Of a DNA stretch of 64,000 nucleotides, positions 8,267-20,097 are shown piece by piece. The translations under genes and the position numbers were made by a program. Positions within the stretch are counted from its first letter, which is position 1. Each line of letters starts with the position of its first letter. This stretch comes from Thermodesulfobacteriota bacterium (GTDB lineage: Bacteria > Desulfobacterota > RBG-13-43-22), in NCBI GenBank assembly GCA_049520575.1, contig JBEKPQ010000004.1:5538-69537 (forward strand). Reading direction: 5' to 3'. A model generated the notes under the pieces. It worked only from the letters and a program-made list of their open reading frames with translations, was not told the origin of the DNA and ran no database searches.

Positions 8267-9037
8267 TTACAACGGCAGCTTAAAGGCCCGACAGGTATTT
8301 TCCAGGATCGCCTGACTTAATTCAGGCAGAGTGATGTTTCTAACCCGAGCCACGTGTTCTGCGGTGTGGACCAGATAGGCCGGTTCATTCCGTTTGCCTC
8401 TAAAGGGATGAGGGGAAAGAAACGGGGCATCGGTTTCCAGAAGCAGGGATTCGATGGGGGCCTGGCGGACGACCTCTTCCAACACCCCGCCTTTTTTGTA
8501 GGTGACGGCCCCGGTGACGGACAGAAAAAAGTTCAGATCCAAACACTGTTTAGCCATTTCCCAATCACCGGAAAAGCAATGGAAAACCCCCCCGACCTCC
8601 CAGGCCTTTTCCTCTCTTAAGATCGCCAGCACTTCTTCATGAGCCTCCCGGTCGTGAATGATGATGGGAAGATTCACTGACCGCGCCAAATGAATCAAAT
8701 GACGAAAGGTTTCTTTTTGCTGCTTTTGTGGGGAAAGGTTGCGATAAAAATCCAGCCCGATTTCCCCGATGGCCACCACTAAAGGATCTTCGGCCAATTG
8801 AGATAATTGGGGTTGGGTTTCCGTTTTATAAGAGGCGGCATCATGGGGGTGGACGCCGACCGTAGCCCAAATATTTTTGTAGGTTTTGGCTAAAGCCACC
8901 GCCTGGCGACTGCTTTCGATGTCGGTCCCGATGGTGATGATTCCGGTTATCCCTTTGGCAAAGGCCCGCTCAATTACCTGAGGGCGATCCGGGTCAAATT
9001 CTTTCATTTCCAAATGGGCGTGAGAATCAATCCACAT
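8267..9037 (-). CDS. tatD: TatD-family metal-dependent DNase/hydrolase
   Basis: MWIDSHAHLEMKEF...GIGEIGLDFY...IIIHDREAHEE...ETDAPFLSP. TatD motifs. 256 aa. Confidence 0.8.
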   Translation of the reverse strand: MWIDSHAHLEMKEFDPDRPQVIERAFAKGITGIITIGTDIESSRQAVALAKTYKNIWATVGVHPHDAASYKTETQPQLSQLAEDPLVVAIGEIGLDFYRNLSPQKQQKETFRHLIHLARSVNLPIIIHDREAHEEVLAILREEKAWEVGGVFHCFSGDWEMAKQCLDLNFFLSVTGAVTYKKGGVLEEVVRQAPIESLLLETDAPFLSPHPFRGKRNEPAYLVHTAEHVARVRNITLPELSQAILENTCRAFKLPL

Positions 9038-9356
9038 GTAAGGATCTCAACCGGGCAGAGTAGAAGTTTCTGATATTTTCCACTGTTATCCAAGGGTTCG
9101 GGAAGGAGCGATGATTAAAAAAGCTTGATTTTTATATCATACTTTATTAGACAAAGCCAATTTATTCCGATAAGACGAAATTATTTTGAAAAATATTTTT
9201 AAATATGTTATATGGCCTTCAACCTTAATGGTTTTCTTTGATAAGGCATAACGATCGCATTCCCCGTAGTTGCTTCAGGGAGCTTCAGAGTTCCTCCTTA
9301 GCTTTGTAGCCGGCAATCCTTATTGTTCAGAAAAATAAGAGAAAGGTTTTTATTGG

Positions 9357-10343
9357 GTGAAAAAAATAAGTATTAAGGGAACGGGTTGTTATTTGCCCGA
9401 AAGAATAGTACCCAACTCCTATTTTGAAAAGATTGTGGATACCTCCGATGAATGGATATTCAGCCGGACCGGTATTCGGGAACGGAGAATGGTCCTGCCC
9501 GGGCAGGCCTTATCCGATATTGCTACCCCGGCTTGTGAAAACGCTTTGGAAATGGCCGGCCTTTCTCCCAAAGATTTGGATCTGATTATTGTTGGGACCT
9601 CCACGGCAGATATGACTTCGCCTTCAGCGGGTTGTATGATCCAATATCGACTTGGTGCAAAAAATGCGGTTGCCTTTGATGTCAATGCAGCCTGTCCGGG
9701 GTTCATCTATGGTTTGACCGTTGCCCAAAAATTTATGCAGAACGGTTCTCATCAGCACGTCCTGGTCGTGGGGGGGGAAATCATTTCCCACCGGATTGAT
9801 TATCAGGACCGGGCCACCTGTGTCCTTTTTGGCGATGGAGTCGGGGCTGTCGTTTTGGGCCATTCCAAAGGTAAAGGAGAAGGAGAAATCCTGGCTCTTG
9901 AGATCCATTCCGATGGGAATCTGTGGGAATTGCTCAATGTGCCCGGAGGTGGTTCCCGTAATCCCATTTCAATTCCTATGATCGAAGCCGGCCTCCATTA
10001 TATCAAGATGCAGGGAAATGAAGTCTTCAAACATGCCGTTCGCTCCATGATCGATGCCTCTCGTAAGGCCATGAAATCCTGCGGTATTACCGCACACCAA
10101 ATCGATTGGTTTATCCCTCATCAGGCCAATATTCGTATTATGGAGGCTGTGGCCAAACAGTTGAAGATTCCAAGGGGAAAAGTGATCGTTACCATTCATA
10201 AATACGGAAATACCTCTGTGGGCACCATTCCCACGGCCCTGGATGAAGCGGTTCGAAGCGGACAAATTCGAAAAGGAGATCTGGTCTTAGCCTCTTCCTT
10301 TGGAGCCGGTTTTACCTGGGGAGCGGCTTTGTTTCGATTTTAA
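9357..10343 (+). CDS. fabH: 3-oxoacyl-ACP synthase III (KAS III)
   Basis: ISIKGTGCYLPERIV...DEWIFSRTGIRERR...DVNAACPGFIYGL...IPHQANIRI...GFGAGFTWGAALF. GTG start. 328 aa. Confidence 0.85.
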   Translation: MKKISIKGTGCYLPERIVPNSYFEKIVDTSDEWIFSRTGIRERRMVLPGQALSDIATPACENALEMAGLSPKDLDLIIVGTSTADMTSPSAGCMIQYRLGAKNAVAFDVNAACPGFIYGLTVAQKFMQNGSHQHVLVVGGEIISHRIDYQDRATCVLFGDGVGAVVLGHSKGKGEGEILALEIHSDGNLWELLNVPGGGSRNPISIPMIEAGLHYIKMQGNEVFKHAVRSMIDASRKAMKSCGITAHQIDWFIPHQANIRIMEAVAKQLKIPRGKVIVTIHKYGNTSVGTIPTALDEAVRSGQIRKGDLVLASSFGAGFTWGAALFRF

Positions 10344-10497
10344 CAGGTTGCTGAAAAAGGCCCATCTACTGCGTTGCCCTTATCCCTCGTCATGGCGACG
10401 TACTTCTATGTACGCCTCATTCCTCGGGATTTCGGTCGCCTTGTATCTGGACTTTTTTGAGCAACCCGTAAAAGAGGGTTTTTCTTCATCCTGTTAA
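10340..10497 (+). mobile_element. MITE/REP-like dispersed repeat, copy 2; its first bases overlap the fabH TAA stop
   Basis: ttaacaggttgctgaaaaaggcccatctactgcgttgccc...gtacgcctcattcctcgg...cttttttgagcaacccgta...cctgttaa. About 90% identical to copy 1 over ~158 bp. Confidence 0.6.
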
Positions 10498-10792
10498 AAT
10501 TTTCCCAAACAGTATAATGAGTAATTAGAGAGCATCAAACCTCGCTCATCTTGGCCTTGGTAGATACCTCGATGCCTTTAATAAAATATCAAAGGTTTAA
10601 CAAATAGACTCCCTTATTCACCCCGTTACAGTATGAAAACTATTCGGCCCCTGGCAGCAAAATAGGGTCAATATTATTATGAGACCTTTAATAACTGAAA
10701 ATTTTAAAGATAGGAGACCATGGGTGGCTTGGCTTGACAAGAGGGCGGAAGTATATTAAAGGCTATTATCTTTATCTTTTTTAATCTATGGA

Positions 10793-11860
10793 ATGGATGA
10801 TTTAATAGCTTTATCCCAATTTGATTTTATTTTGCCTGCGCATTTGATAGCTCAGGAGCCTTGTCCTCAGAGAGATCATTCCCAACTTTTAGTTCTGGAT
10901 CGAAAGACAGGGGACCGGAAACATCAACGCTTTAATCAAGTTATCGAATATCTGTCTCCGGGAGATGTGCTGGTGGTTAACGATACCCAGGTAATCCCTG
11001 CACGTTTGGAAGGGAAGAAGAGGAGCGGTGGCCGGGTGGAATGTCTGATTTTGAATTATCCGGCCTTGGCGATTGACGAAACCTATACGAGCCCCTGTCT
11101 GTTTAAAGCCGGGGGAAAAATTCGGCCGGGGGAGAGAATTTATTTTGGTGATGATCTGGAAGGCGAGATACTGCCTCCTTCCCCAAATGGGACGGCCCTG
11201 ATTCGATTCCGTTTTAAAGGGTTGTTTGATTCTGTTTTAAAAAAATTCGGCCGGGTTCCTCTTCCGCCATATATCCGTAGAGACGGCTGTGACGCCGGTC
11301 TTTGGGAACAGGATCGGAAACGCTATCAAACCGTTTATGCCCGACATCCAGGGGCGGTGGCAGCACCTACGGCCGGACTCCATTTTTCTTTCGACTTGAT
11401 TGCAGCCCTTAAGAACAAGGGCATATTTTGGGTTCCCCTTACTTTGCATGTCGGTTATGGGACTTTTGCCCCCATCAAGACGGAAAAGATTGCCGAGCAT
11501 AAGATGCATCCTGAGGTTTACAAGGTCTCGGCCCAGGCCGTCCAAGTGATACAGGAACAAAAAAAACAGGGAGGACGGATTGTAGCTGTGGGAACCACCA
11601 GCGCCCGGGTCTTGGAATACCAGGCCATGAAATATGGATTTGTTAAGGCCGAAGAGGGAGAGTGTGATCTTTTTATCACCCCGGGTTTCTCTTTTCAAAT
11701 GATTGACGGATTGATCACCAACTTTCATTTGCCCAGGACTACCCTGATGTTATTGGTGTCCGCCTTTGCCGGACGGGAAAAAATTCTGAAAGCCTACCAG
11801 GAGGCCATTGAACGGAATTATAGATTCTACAGTTATGGCGACGCCATGTTGATTATCTAA
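10793..11860 (+). CDS. queA: S-adenosylmethionine:tRNA ribosyltransferase-isomerase
   Basis: FDFILPAHLIAQEP...VAVGTTSARVLE...RFYSYGDAMLI. 355 aa. Followed by tgt, the conserved queA-tgt-yajC order. Confidence 0.9.
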   Translation: MDDLIALSQFDFILPAHLIAQEPCPQRDHSQLLVLDRKTGDRKHQRFNQVIEYLSPGDVLVVNDTQVIPARLEGKKRSGGRVECLILNYPALAIDETYTSPCLFKAGGKIRPGERIYFGDDLEGEILPPSPNGTALIRFRFKGLFDSVLKKFGRVPLPPYIRRDGCDAGLWEQDRKRYQTVYARHPGAVAAPTAGLHFSFDLIAALKNKGIFWVPLTLHVGYGTFAPIKTEKIAEHKMHPEVYKVSAQAVQVIQEQKKQGGRIVAVGTTSARVLEYQAMKYGFVKAEEGECDLFITPGFSFQMIDGLITNFHLPRTTLMLLVSAFAGREKILKAYQEAIERNYRFYSYGDAMLII

Positions 11861-11934
11861 ACCATCAGCGAGCAGCGATCGGCAGACAGCCAAAAATAAA
11901 AGTTGAAAGCTGACCGCTGAAAGCTGACTGCTGA

Positions 11935-13050
<1,116 letters not shown>

Positions 13051-13055
13051 CGTTT

Positions 13056-13424
13056 ATGTATCTGTTCACTGCCGTTGCCGAGGCCATGGGGCTTCCGGGT
13101 GGAGGATCCGGGGGATCCGGGGGATCCGGAGCAGGGGGATTTGCCGGATTGATCCCCTTGGTTTTGATGTTCGTGATTTTTTATTTTTTATTGATCCGGC
13201 CACAACAAAGGAAGGCCAAACAACATCGAGAATTGTTGGGCAATCTGAAACGAGGGGACTCGGTCATCACTAATGGAGGGATCTACGGACGGATTGCTGA
13301 GATTAATGATAATATTATCGTCCTGGAAGTGGCCGACAAGGTGCGTGTCAAAGTGGCCAGAAGTTTTGTTTCCGGCTTGGCCGGTACCGGACAAGATGCC
13401 CCTCAACCTACAAAGCCGGTTTAA
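13056..13424 (+). CDS. yajC: Preprotein translocase subunit YajC, with an N-terminal Gly/Ser-rich extension
   Basis: LIPLVLMFVIFYFLLIRPQQRKAKQHRELLGNLKRGD is the YajC core. It is preceded by GLPGGGSGGSGGSGAGG, encoded by a tandem ggatccggg 9-mer x3 at ~13098-13125. Confidence 0.8.
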   Translation: MYLFTAVAEAMGLPGGGSGGSGGSGAGGFAGLIPLVLMFVIFYFLLIRPQQRKAKQHRELLGNLKRGDSVITNGGIYGRIAEINDNIIVLEVADKVRVKVARSFVSGLAGTGQDAPQPTKPV

Positions 13425-13512
13425 TGAAGTAGATAATGAGTTCAGAGTTGAGAGTTCGGAGAATGGTCTGTTCACTCCGAATTAATAACTCCGAACTTTT
13501 CGCGTAGGGACC

Positions 13513-14622
13513 ATGGATCGCAAATCCCTTTATTATTGGCTGGCCTTGAACCGGATCGCCGGATTAGGAAAGGTCAGCTATGCCCGTCTTATTGAGAGAT
13601 ATGGATCTCCTGAAAAGGTTTTCCGGGCCGACCCTGTGGATTTGCAATCGGTCGAGGGGATGAGGAAGAATACCGCCCTGGCCATTGTTAAATTTAAAAG
13701 GACTGAAAAAATTGATCGGGAACTGGACGAACTGGAAAAGCAAAAGATAGAGGTTTTGACCTTAACCGATCCTCTCTATCCTTCTCTCCTGGCTCAGATC
13801 CATGATCCTCCCCCTTATTTATTTTACCAAGGTTCCCCTGCCGCTCAGGACAGTCAGTGCCTGGCTTTAGTCGGTTCCCGGATGGGGACTCCTTATGGGA
13901 TCAAAATGACCGAACGATTGGCCTGGGGTTTATCTCAAAAAGGATTGACCATTGTCAGCGGGATGGCCCGGGGCATCGATACTGCAGCCCATCAAGGGGC
14001 CTTGATGGCCCAAGGCAGGACCGTGGCCGTGCTCGGTTCAGGTCTGGATGTTATTTATCCGTCGGAAAATAAAAAGCTCTATGATCGAATAGTTGATTTG
14101 GGTATGGTCTGTTCCGAATTTCCCCTGGGCACCCTTCCGGAACGCCAAAATTTTCCAATCCGAAATAGGATTATCAGCGGGCTGGCCTTGGGAGTGGTCA
14201 TTGTTGAAGCTACACGACGCAGCGGCTCTCTGATTACGGCCCGGTTGGCTCTGGAGCAGGGGAGGGAGGTCTTTGCCGTTCCCGGAAGTGTCGAATCCTT
14301 TAAAAGTTCCGGAACCCATAGCCTGATCAAACAAGGGGCCAAGTTGGTGGAACATGCCGGGGACATTTTAGAGGAACTTCATTGGGAGGAATCACCCAAC
14401 GAGGTTGCACCGAAAACAAAATCTAAAATCCCCGACAGAATTCCTTCTCTTTCTACGAAAGAAAAACAAATATGGGACCTCCTGGCCGACGGGTCCCTTC
14501 ACGTGGATCAGATGGTCCGGCAGGCCGGGATAGGGATATCCCCGATGTTGTCTTTACTGCTGGAAATGGAACTCAAGGGCCTGATCAAACAATTGCCGGG
14601 AAAGATGTTCGTTCGCGGATAA
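13513..14622 (+). CDS. dprA: DNA processing protein DprA (Smf)
   Basis: Rossmann-like DprA core LVGSRMGTPYGIKMTERLAWGLSQKGLTIVSGMARGIDTAAHQGAL...FAVPGS, with a C-terminal winged-helix-like tail. 369 aa. Confidence 0.85.
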   Translation: MDRKSLYYWLALNRIAGLGKVSYARLIERYGSPEKVFRADPVDLQSVEGMRKNTALAIVKFKRTEKIDRELDELEKQKIEVLTLTDPLYPSLLAQIHDPPPYLFYQGSPAAQDSQCLALVGSRMGTPYGIKMTERLAWGLSQKGLTIVSGMARGIDTAAHQGALMAQGRTVAVLGSGLDVIYPSENKKLYDRIVDLGMVCSEFPLGTLPERQNFPIRNRIISGLALGVVIVEATRRSGSLITARLALEQGREVFAVPGSVESFKSSGTHSLIKQGAKLVEHAGDILEELHWEESPNEVAPKTKSKIPDRIPSLSTKEKQIWDLLADGSLHVDQMVRQAGIGISPMLSLLLEMELKGLIKQLPGKMFVRG

Positions 14623-14632
14623 ACGGGGATTA

Positions 14633-14722
14633 ATACTTGATACTGGATGTTGGATGCTGGATTGTGCCGACCTAAAAATTAAAATCAAGTATCAAGTATC
14701 CAGTATCAAGTATCGTTTTTTC
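14633..14722 (+). terminator. Long-stem intrinsic terminator built from the heptamer repeat family (downstream of dprA)
   Basis: Arms atacttgatactggat (14634-14649) and atccagtatcaagtat (14697-14712) are reverse complements. They flank tggatgt tggatgc tggattg and caagtat x3, and are followed by cgtttttt (14714-14721). Confidence 0.5.
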
Positions 14723-14783
14723 TAACCTGGATTTTCGCAGCCAATGAAAAACAATTAACTCTGAGAATTATGGAAAAGGAATA

Positions 14784-17219
14784 ATGGAAAAATCGTTGTT
14801 GATTGTGGAATCGCCTACCAAGGTCCGAACCATTAAAAAATATCTGGGTCCTGAGTTTGAGGTCAAGGCCTCTCTCGGGCATATTAAGGATTTGCCCACC
14901 AACCTGCTCGGAGTGGATATCGAAAATAAATTCAAGCCTGAATTTCAAATTATCTCCGGAAAAGACCGGGTGTTGAAGGAACTCAAACAGGCGGCGAAAA
15001 AGATTCGTCATATTTACCTGGCCCCGGACCCGGACCGGGAAGGAGAGGCCATTGCCTGGCATCTGGCCGAAGAACTGGCCGGCAAGGATAGAGAATTTCA
15101 CCGGGTATTATTTCACGAACTTTCCCCCAAAGCGATTCAGGAAGCCCTGGCGCATCCGGAGGCGTTGAATGAACAACGCGTTCAATCCCAACTGGCCAGG
15201 CGCATTCTGGACCGTCTGGTGGGATACCAGATCTCTCCCCTGCTCTGGGACAAGGTCAAAAGAGGCTTGAGCGCCGGCAGGGTGCAGTCTGTGGCCGTTC
15301 GACTCATCTGCGACCGGGAACGGGAAATCCAGGTCTTTGTTTCCAAAGAATATTGGTCGATCACAGCAACGCTTCAGGCCGATCTTCCCCCTGACTTTGA
15401 AGCCAGACTGATCAAAGCCCAGGGGAAGGCCGTCAAGATCATCAACGAAGAACAGGCCCGGGAGGTCAGCAGCCGCCTGTCGCATGAGCCTTTCCAGGTT
15501 GCCAACATCGACAAGAAGGAACGCAAACGCAGTCCCTTGCCTCCATTTACCACCAGCCAATTACAGCAAGAGGCCTTTCGTAAATTGCGTTTTCCGGCCA
15601 AGAAGACCATGTTTCTGGCCCAGCGGCTCTATGAAGGGGTCGAGGTGGGGGATGAGGGCTTGATCGGTTTGATTACCTATATGCGGACCGATTCCACCCG
15701 GGTCTCCCAGGAGGCCCTGACGGCTGTTCGGAGTTATATCCAGGGCCAGTTCGGAACGGAATATGTACCCGGGAAACCCCATTTTTATACCAATAAAAAA
15801 TCGGCCCAGGACGCTCATGAGGCCATTCGTCCGACTTCCATGAATTTAAGTCCGGATGCCCTGGCCCGCTTTCTGGATAAGGATCTACTGGCCCTCTACC
15901 GTCTGATCTGGAATCGGTTTGTGGCCAGTCAGATGAAGGCCGCCCTGTTCGATCAGACCATAGTGGATATCAAGGCCGGGGATTATTTACTTCGGGCTTC
16001 GGGCTCGGTCTTGCGTTTTCCAGGTTTTACGGCCGTCTATGAAGTTGGGAAAGATATTGTTTCTTTGGAAGAAGAAGAGGAAGAAAAAAAAGGACAGCTC
16101 CCCATGCTTCAGCTTCATCAGAAACTGACTTTGCTCCAGATCACCCCCAAACAGCATTTTACCCAGCCGCCTCCCCGTTATACCGAAGCCACGCTGGTCA
16201 AGGAGCTGGAAGAAAAAGGGATCGGCCGACCCAGTACCTATGCGGCCATCATCTCCACCATTCAGGATAAAGACTATGTCAAAAAGGAAAAATATTTTTT
16301 CTTTCCCACCGAACTGGGTTTTCTGGTCAATGATCTCCTGGTAAAAAATTTCCCTGAGATTCTCGATGTTCAGTTCACCGCCCTGATGGAAAACAATCTG
16401 GATCAGATCGAAGAAGGAAAACAGGAATGGACAAAGGTTCTGGGGGATTTTTATCAGCCCTTTGCCCAGACCTTGGACCGGGCTCGTGCGGAAATGAAAC
16501 AGGTGCGGGGCAAGGGCGTAAAGACCGATATTGTCTGCCCGACCTGCGGCAAACCCATGACTATCCGCATTGGGAAAAACGGGCCTTTCCTGGCCTGTTC
16601 CGGGTATCCTGCCTGCAAACAAACGCAAAATTTTGTCCGGGATGAAAAAGGGAAGATCCAGCCGGTGACTGCAGAAACCTCTCAATCCGACCCTTCGGGA
16701 AAAGAATGCCCCCAGTGCGGGAAACCCATGGTGGTCCGCCAGGGACGGTTTGGATCTTTCTGGGCCTGTTCGGGTTATCCGGATTGTAAAGAAACGCAGC
16801 CGATTTCCTCCGAAGGGAAGCCGGCCGAGCTTTTCCCTCAGACGGTCAGCGACCAGGTCTGTCCCAAGTGCGGAGGCCCTATGGTGGTGAAAAAAAACCG
16901 CTTTGGAGGGACCTTTCTGGCCTGTGAAAAATACCCCAAATGTAAATCGACCCTGCCGGTGACCACCGAGTTTCCCTGCCCGATGTCCGGATGTTCCGGC
17001 ATGCTGGTCTCCCGAGTGGCCCGCAGAAAGGGCATGAAATTTTTCGGCTGCAGCCGCTATCCGGAATGCAAATTAATGATCTGGGGAAAGCCGGTCATGG
17101 AACCATGCCCCCAATGCCAGGCCCCTTTTTTAGTGGAAAAGACGACCAAAAAAGACGGGACCATCTGGTCCTGCGCCAACAAGGAATGCGGGTATCAGCA
17201 GAAAAAAGGGGATGAATAG
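14784..17219 (+). CDS. topA: DNA topoisomerase I with multiple C-terminal C4 zinc ribbons
   Basis: Toprim LLIVESPTKVRTIKKYLG. Catalytic region ...LITYMRTDSTRVS... At least four CPxCG...C...GYPxC zinc-ribbon repeats in the C-terminal 250 aa. 811 aa. Confidence 0.9.
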   Translation: MEKSLLIVESPTKVRTIKKYLGPEFEVKASLGHIKDLPTNLLGVDIENKFKPEFQIISGKDRVLKELKQAAKKIRHIYLAPDPDREGEAIAWHLAEELAGKDREFHRVLFHELSPKAIQEALAHPEALNEQRVQSQLARRILDRLVGYQISPLLWDKVKRGLSAGRVQSVAVRLICDREREIQVFVSKEYWSITATLQADLPPDFEARLIKAQGKAVKIINEEQAREVSSRLSHEPFQVANIDKKERKRSPLPPFTTSQLQQEAFRKLRFPAKKTMFLAQRLYEGVEVGDEGLIGLITYMRTDSTRVSQEALTAVRSYIQGQFGTEYVPGKPHFYTNKKSAQDAHEAIRPTSMNLSPDALARFLDKDLLALYRLIWNRFVASQMKAALFDQTIVDIKAGDYLLRASGSVLRFPGFTAVYEVGKDIVSLEEEEEEKKGQLPMLQLHQKLTLLQITPKQHFTQPPPRYTEATLVKELEEKGIGRPSTYAAIISTIQDKDYVKKEKYFFFPTELGFLVNDLLVKNFPEILDVQFTALMENNLDQIEEGKQEWTKVLGDFYQPFAQTLDRARAEMKQVRGKGVKTDIVCPTCGKPMTIRIGKNGPFLACSGYPACKQTQNFVRDEKGKIQPVTAETSQSDPSGKECPQCGKPMVVRQGRFGSFWACSGYPDCKETQPISSEGKPAELFPQTVSDQVCPKCGGPMVVKKNRFGGTFLACEKYPKCKSTLPVTTEFPCPMSGCSGMLVSRVARRKGMKFFGCSRYPECKLMIWGKPVMEPCPQCQAPFLVEKTTKKDGTIWSCANKECGYQQKKGDE

Positions 17220-17261
17220 GGGAAGTCTTTCGGACCATTACTTCTGTTTGGATAACCATTC

Positions 17262-18587
17262 TTGTCGCCTATTGAGAAAGAAGCAATAACCATTATCGGC
17301 GGAGGCTTGGCCGGGTGTGAGGCCGCCTGGCAGGCGGCCGGGCAGGGGATCCCGGTCCGAATTCTGGAGATGAAGCCCCTTCGTTTTTCTCCGGCCCATA
17401 ATTCTCCATTGTTGGCTGAGCTGGTGTGTAGCAATTCCTTTCGCTCTAAGGACCTGGAAAGTGCGGTCGGGCTGCTGAAAGAAGAAATGCGTCTTTTGGG
17501 GTCTCTGGTCATGGAGTCGGCCCGAGCCTGCCAGGTGCCCGCCGGAAAATCCTTGGCCGTGGACCGCGAAGGATTCGCCCGCTTCATTACCGATCGAATA
17601 ACGACCCATCCTCTGATAAATACTATTGCCCGGGATGTGTCCTCCCTCCCCGACCAGGGACTGCTGATTCTGGCTACCGGCCCTTTGACCACCGATGAAT
17701 TGGCTCAAAACCTCGGAGAATTGATGGGTTCAACTCATCTGCATTTTTACGATGCCATTGCCCCGATTGTTTTTCTGGATTCCATTGATTTAAATAAAGC
17801 CTATCGGGGGTCGAGGTATGGGCACGGCGGGGCCGACTATATCAACTGCCCCTTAAATGAAGAAGAATATCAAATTTTCCTGGAGCAACTCCTTCAAGCC
17901 GAACAGGCGCCGCTTCATTCTTTTGAGGAGCCTCGCTATTTTGAAGGCTGTCTGCCTATTGAAATCATGGCCGAGCGGGGAAGAGACACCTTGCGATTTG
18001 GCCCGATGAAACCGGTGGGGCTGCCCGATCCCCGAACGGGAAAAATCCCTTACGCGGTGGTTCAATTGCGGCAGGATAATCAAGAGGGGACCTTATTCAA
18101 CATGGTCGGTTTTCAAACCAAACTCAAATGGCCTGAACAGAAACGCATTTTCCGCCTGATCCCTGGGCTGGAACAGGCGGAGTTCGCCCGTCTGGGCAGC
18201 ATCCACCGCAACACCTTTGTCAATGGTCCTGAGGTGCTGCTGCCTACCCTGCAACTGAAAAAGGCCCTGAGAATCTTTCTGGCTGGTCAGATTACCGGTG
18301 TGGAGGGCTATGTGGAATCCGCAGCTATGGGGATTCTGGCCGGAATCAATGCCGGCCGCCTTTTTAAAGGTAAGCCGTTAATCACCCCACCGGCCACAAC
18401 CGCCATAGGTGCGTTGACAGCCCATATCAGCCAACAACCCAAGAAAGATTTTCAACCCATGAATATTAATTTCGGTCTCCTTCCTACCCTTGAAGGAAAG
18501 GTCCCCCGTAGTCTTCGGGGAAAATCCTATGCCGAAAGGGGCTTGGCCGATTTGAAGGCTTGGATGTCCTTGGAAGGATTGAATTGA
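17262..18587 (+). CDS. trmFO: Methylenetetrahydrofolate--tRNA-(uracil54-C5)-methyltransferase TrmFO (Gid)
   Basis: [24 protein letters not shown]-binding start. ...[28 protein letters not shown] start. 441 aa. Confidence 0.85.
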   Translation: MSPIEKEAITIIGGGLAGCEAAWQAAGQGIPVRILEMKPLRFSPAHNSPLLAELVCSNSFRSKDLESAVGLLKEEMRLLGSLVMESARACQVPAGKSLAVDREGFARFITDRITTHPLINTIARDVSSLPDQGLLILATGPLTTDELAQNLGELMGSTHLHFYDAIAPIVFLDSIDLNKAYRGSRYGHGGADYINCPLNEEEYQIFLEQLLQAEQAPLHSFEEPRYFEGCLPIEIMAERGRDTLRFGPMKPVGLPDPRTGKIPYAVVQLRQDNQEGTLFNMVGFQTKLKWPEQKRIFRLIPGLEQAEFARLGSIHRNTFVNGPEVLLPTLQLKKALRIFLAGQITGVEGYVESAAMGILAGINAGRLFKGKPLITPPATTAIGALTAHISQQPKKDFQPMNINFGLLPTLEGKVPRSLRGKSYAERGLADLKAWMSLEGLN

Positions 18588-19597
18588 CAAGAGGAGTGCG
18601 GAAAGGATCCTTTCTTATTATTCACCAGGGCGCCCTGGGTGATCTGATTCTGTCTCTGCCGGCCCTTTACTGCCTGCGTTTGTTCTATGAGGGCATCCCC
18701 TGGACCATGGCCGGAAACTTGGAGATCTTGTCTCTGCTTTATAACCGGTTCTATGCCCAGGAGATCATTTCCATCCATCAAAAAGAATGGGCCTGGCTTT
18801 ATCAGGAAAAAACGGCCATTCCTGATCAATTCCGAACCTATCTGTCCTCCTTTCAAAAGGCCTATCTGTTTTCGGCCCATCAACCTGAAATACTAATCCA
18901 AGGATTGATCCGGGCCGGGCTGGCCAAGGTTTTGTGGATACCTTCTCTCCCGAGTGTTGAACAAGGTACATCTTTACAACTTTTACAAAGAAAAATCCTT
19001 GCATCCAAAAATATCCCTTGGATTGAATCCGGACAATATATTTTCCCTTCCCAGAAAGACCTTGGAGAGGCCCGTAATTATTTAACCCAGCATCTAAAGA
19101 CTAAAAAAGACCAACCTCTCTGGGCCATTCATCCCGGCAGCGGCAGTCCTTATAAAAACTGGCCGTTGGAACGATTTTTAGAAGTCGCATTGGAGCTTTT
19201 AAACCTAAACCGGGTCAAACCCTTCTTTCTCCTCGGACCTGTTGAGGATGAAGACTCAAATGGGATGGGCGGGATGATAGAGGCCGCGGGATTTCCAATC
19301 ATCAAAGAACTTTCCTTGCCGATGCTGGCCGGGGTCCTTTCGCATTGTACCGGTTTTCTGGGCAATGATTCCGGGGTTTCGCATCTGGCCGCCGCCTTGG
19401 GTTTGCCCGCAACGGTTCTTTTCGGGCCCACCAATCCATCCTTGTGGGGTCCCAAGGGGAAAACAGTCAGGATTCTGGCTTCTGGTATTCCTTGTGCTCC
19501 CTGTGACCGCAAAACCTGTCAGAGTTGTATTACGAAAGAATGTCTGGCTGAATTGACCGTCCGTCAGGTCTTGGAGGCCATAGAATATCTTTTATGA
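18560..19597 (+). CDS. Glycosyltransferase family 9 (LPS heptosyltransferase-like)
   Basis: [18 protein letters not shown]...[35 protein letters not shown]9 C-terminal motif. The ORF overlaps trmFO by 28 bp. A GTG at ~18596 ([10 protein letters not shown]...) is a likelier start. Confidence 0.7.
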   Translation: MDVLGRIELTRGVRKGSFLIIHQGALGDLILSLPALYCLRLFYEGIPWTMAGNLEILSLLYNRFYAQEIISIHQKEWAWLYQEKTAIPDQFRTYLSSFQKAYLFSAHQPEILIQGLIRAGLAKVLWIPSLPSVEQGTSLQLLQRKILASKNIPWIESGQYIFPSQKDLGEARNYLTQHLKTKKDQPLWAIHPGSGSPYKNWPLERFLEVALELLNLNRVKPFFLLGPVEDEDSNGMGGMIEAAGFPIIKELSLPMLAGVLSHCTGFLGNDSGVSHLAAALGLPATVLFGPTNPSLWGPKGKTVRILASGIPCAPCDRKTCQSCITKECLAELTVRQVLEAIEYLL

Positions 19598-20040
19598 TTT
19601 AATAAAAGGACAAACCCTCCGGCATCATCCTCGATAATATTCTCGGCGAGTTGATAATAGGCCGGGCGAAGGAATCGGGCGGGAAATTCATTGTTCTTAA
19701 CCGTGCAATAAAGGACATTCTCAGAATTGATCCTTAAAGTTTCCGGGTCAAGGATTTCCTGGGATTCATCGTTTAAGGTAAGACGTATCTTTTCAGGTCC
19801 TTCAGGACTTTCCAAAATCCGGTCCACTTGTTGGACGACCAGAGGGGTGTCTTCCACCTCCAGATAACATTTCTGATTGTTGAGGTGGACGATGAATAGG
19901 CCGTCCTCCGTCTTCTCCAGGCTTTGGATCATCCATAGAAAGATGGCCCGATGGATGATCTCTGCCCCCTCATGATACCATTTCCCTTCCTTGCTGACGA
20001 AGATCATGCAGGGAGGAAGTGATGTTGAATTCTCAACCAT
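19564..20040 (-). CDS. Conserved hypothetical protein (resembles DUF1285-type proteins from memory)
   Basis: 158-aa ORF in good coding context immediately downstream of dtd on the same strand. I see no catalytic motif. The DUF1285 assignment is a recollection, not a verified match. Confidence 0.35.
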   Translation of the reverse strand: MVENSTSLPPCMIFVSKEGKWYHEGAEIIHRAIFLWMIQSLEKTEDGLFIVHLNNQKCYLEVEDTPLVVQQVDRILESPEGPEKIRLTLNDESQEILDPETLRINSENVLYCTVKNNEFPARFLRPAYYQLAENIIEDDAGGFVLLLNHKRYSMASKT

Positions 20041-20097
20041 AAGTCTCCAATAAAAATAATTTTTTCCCGAAGTTAACTTAGCTCAAAAAAACTGTTT

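Noticed and set aside
14706-16685. Minus-strand ORFs (131-232 aa) inside topA
   Set aside because: Antisense to an unambiguous topoisomerase I gene. No motifs.
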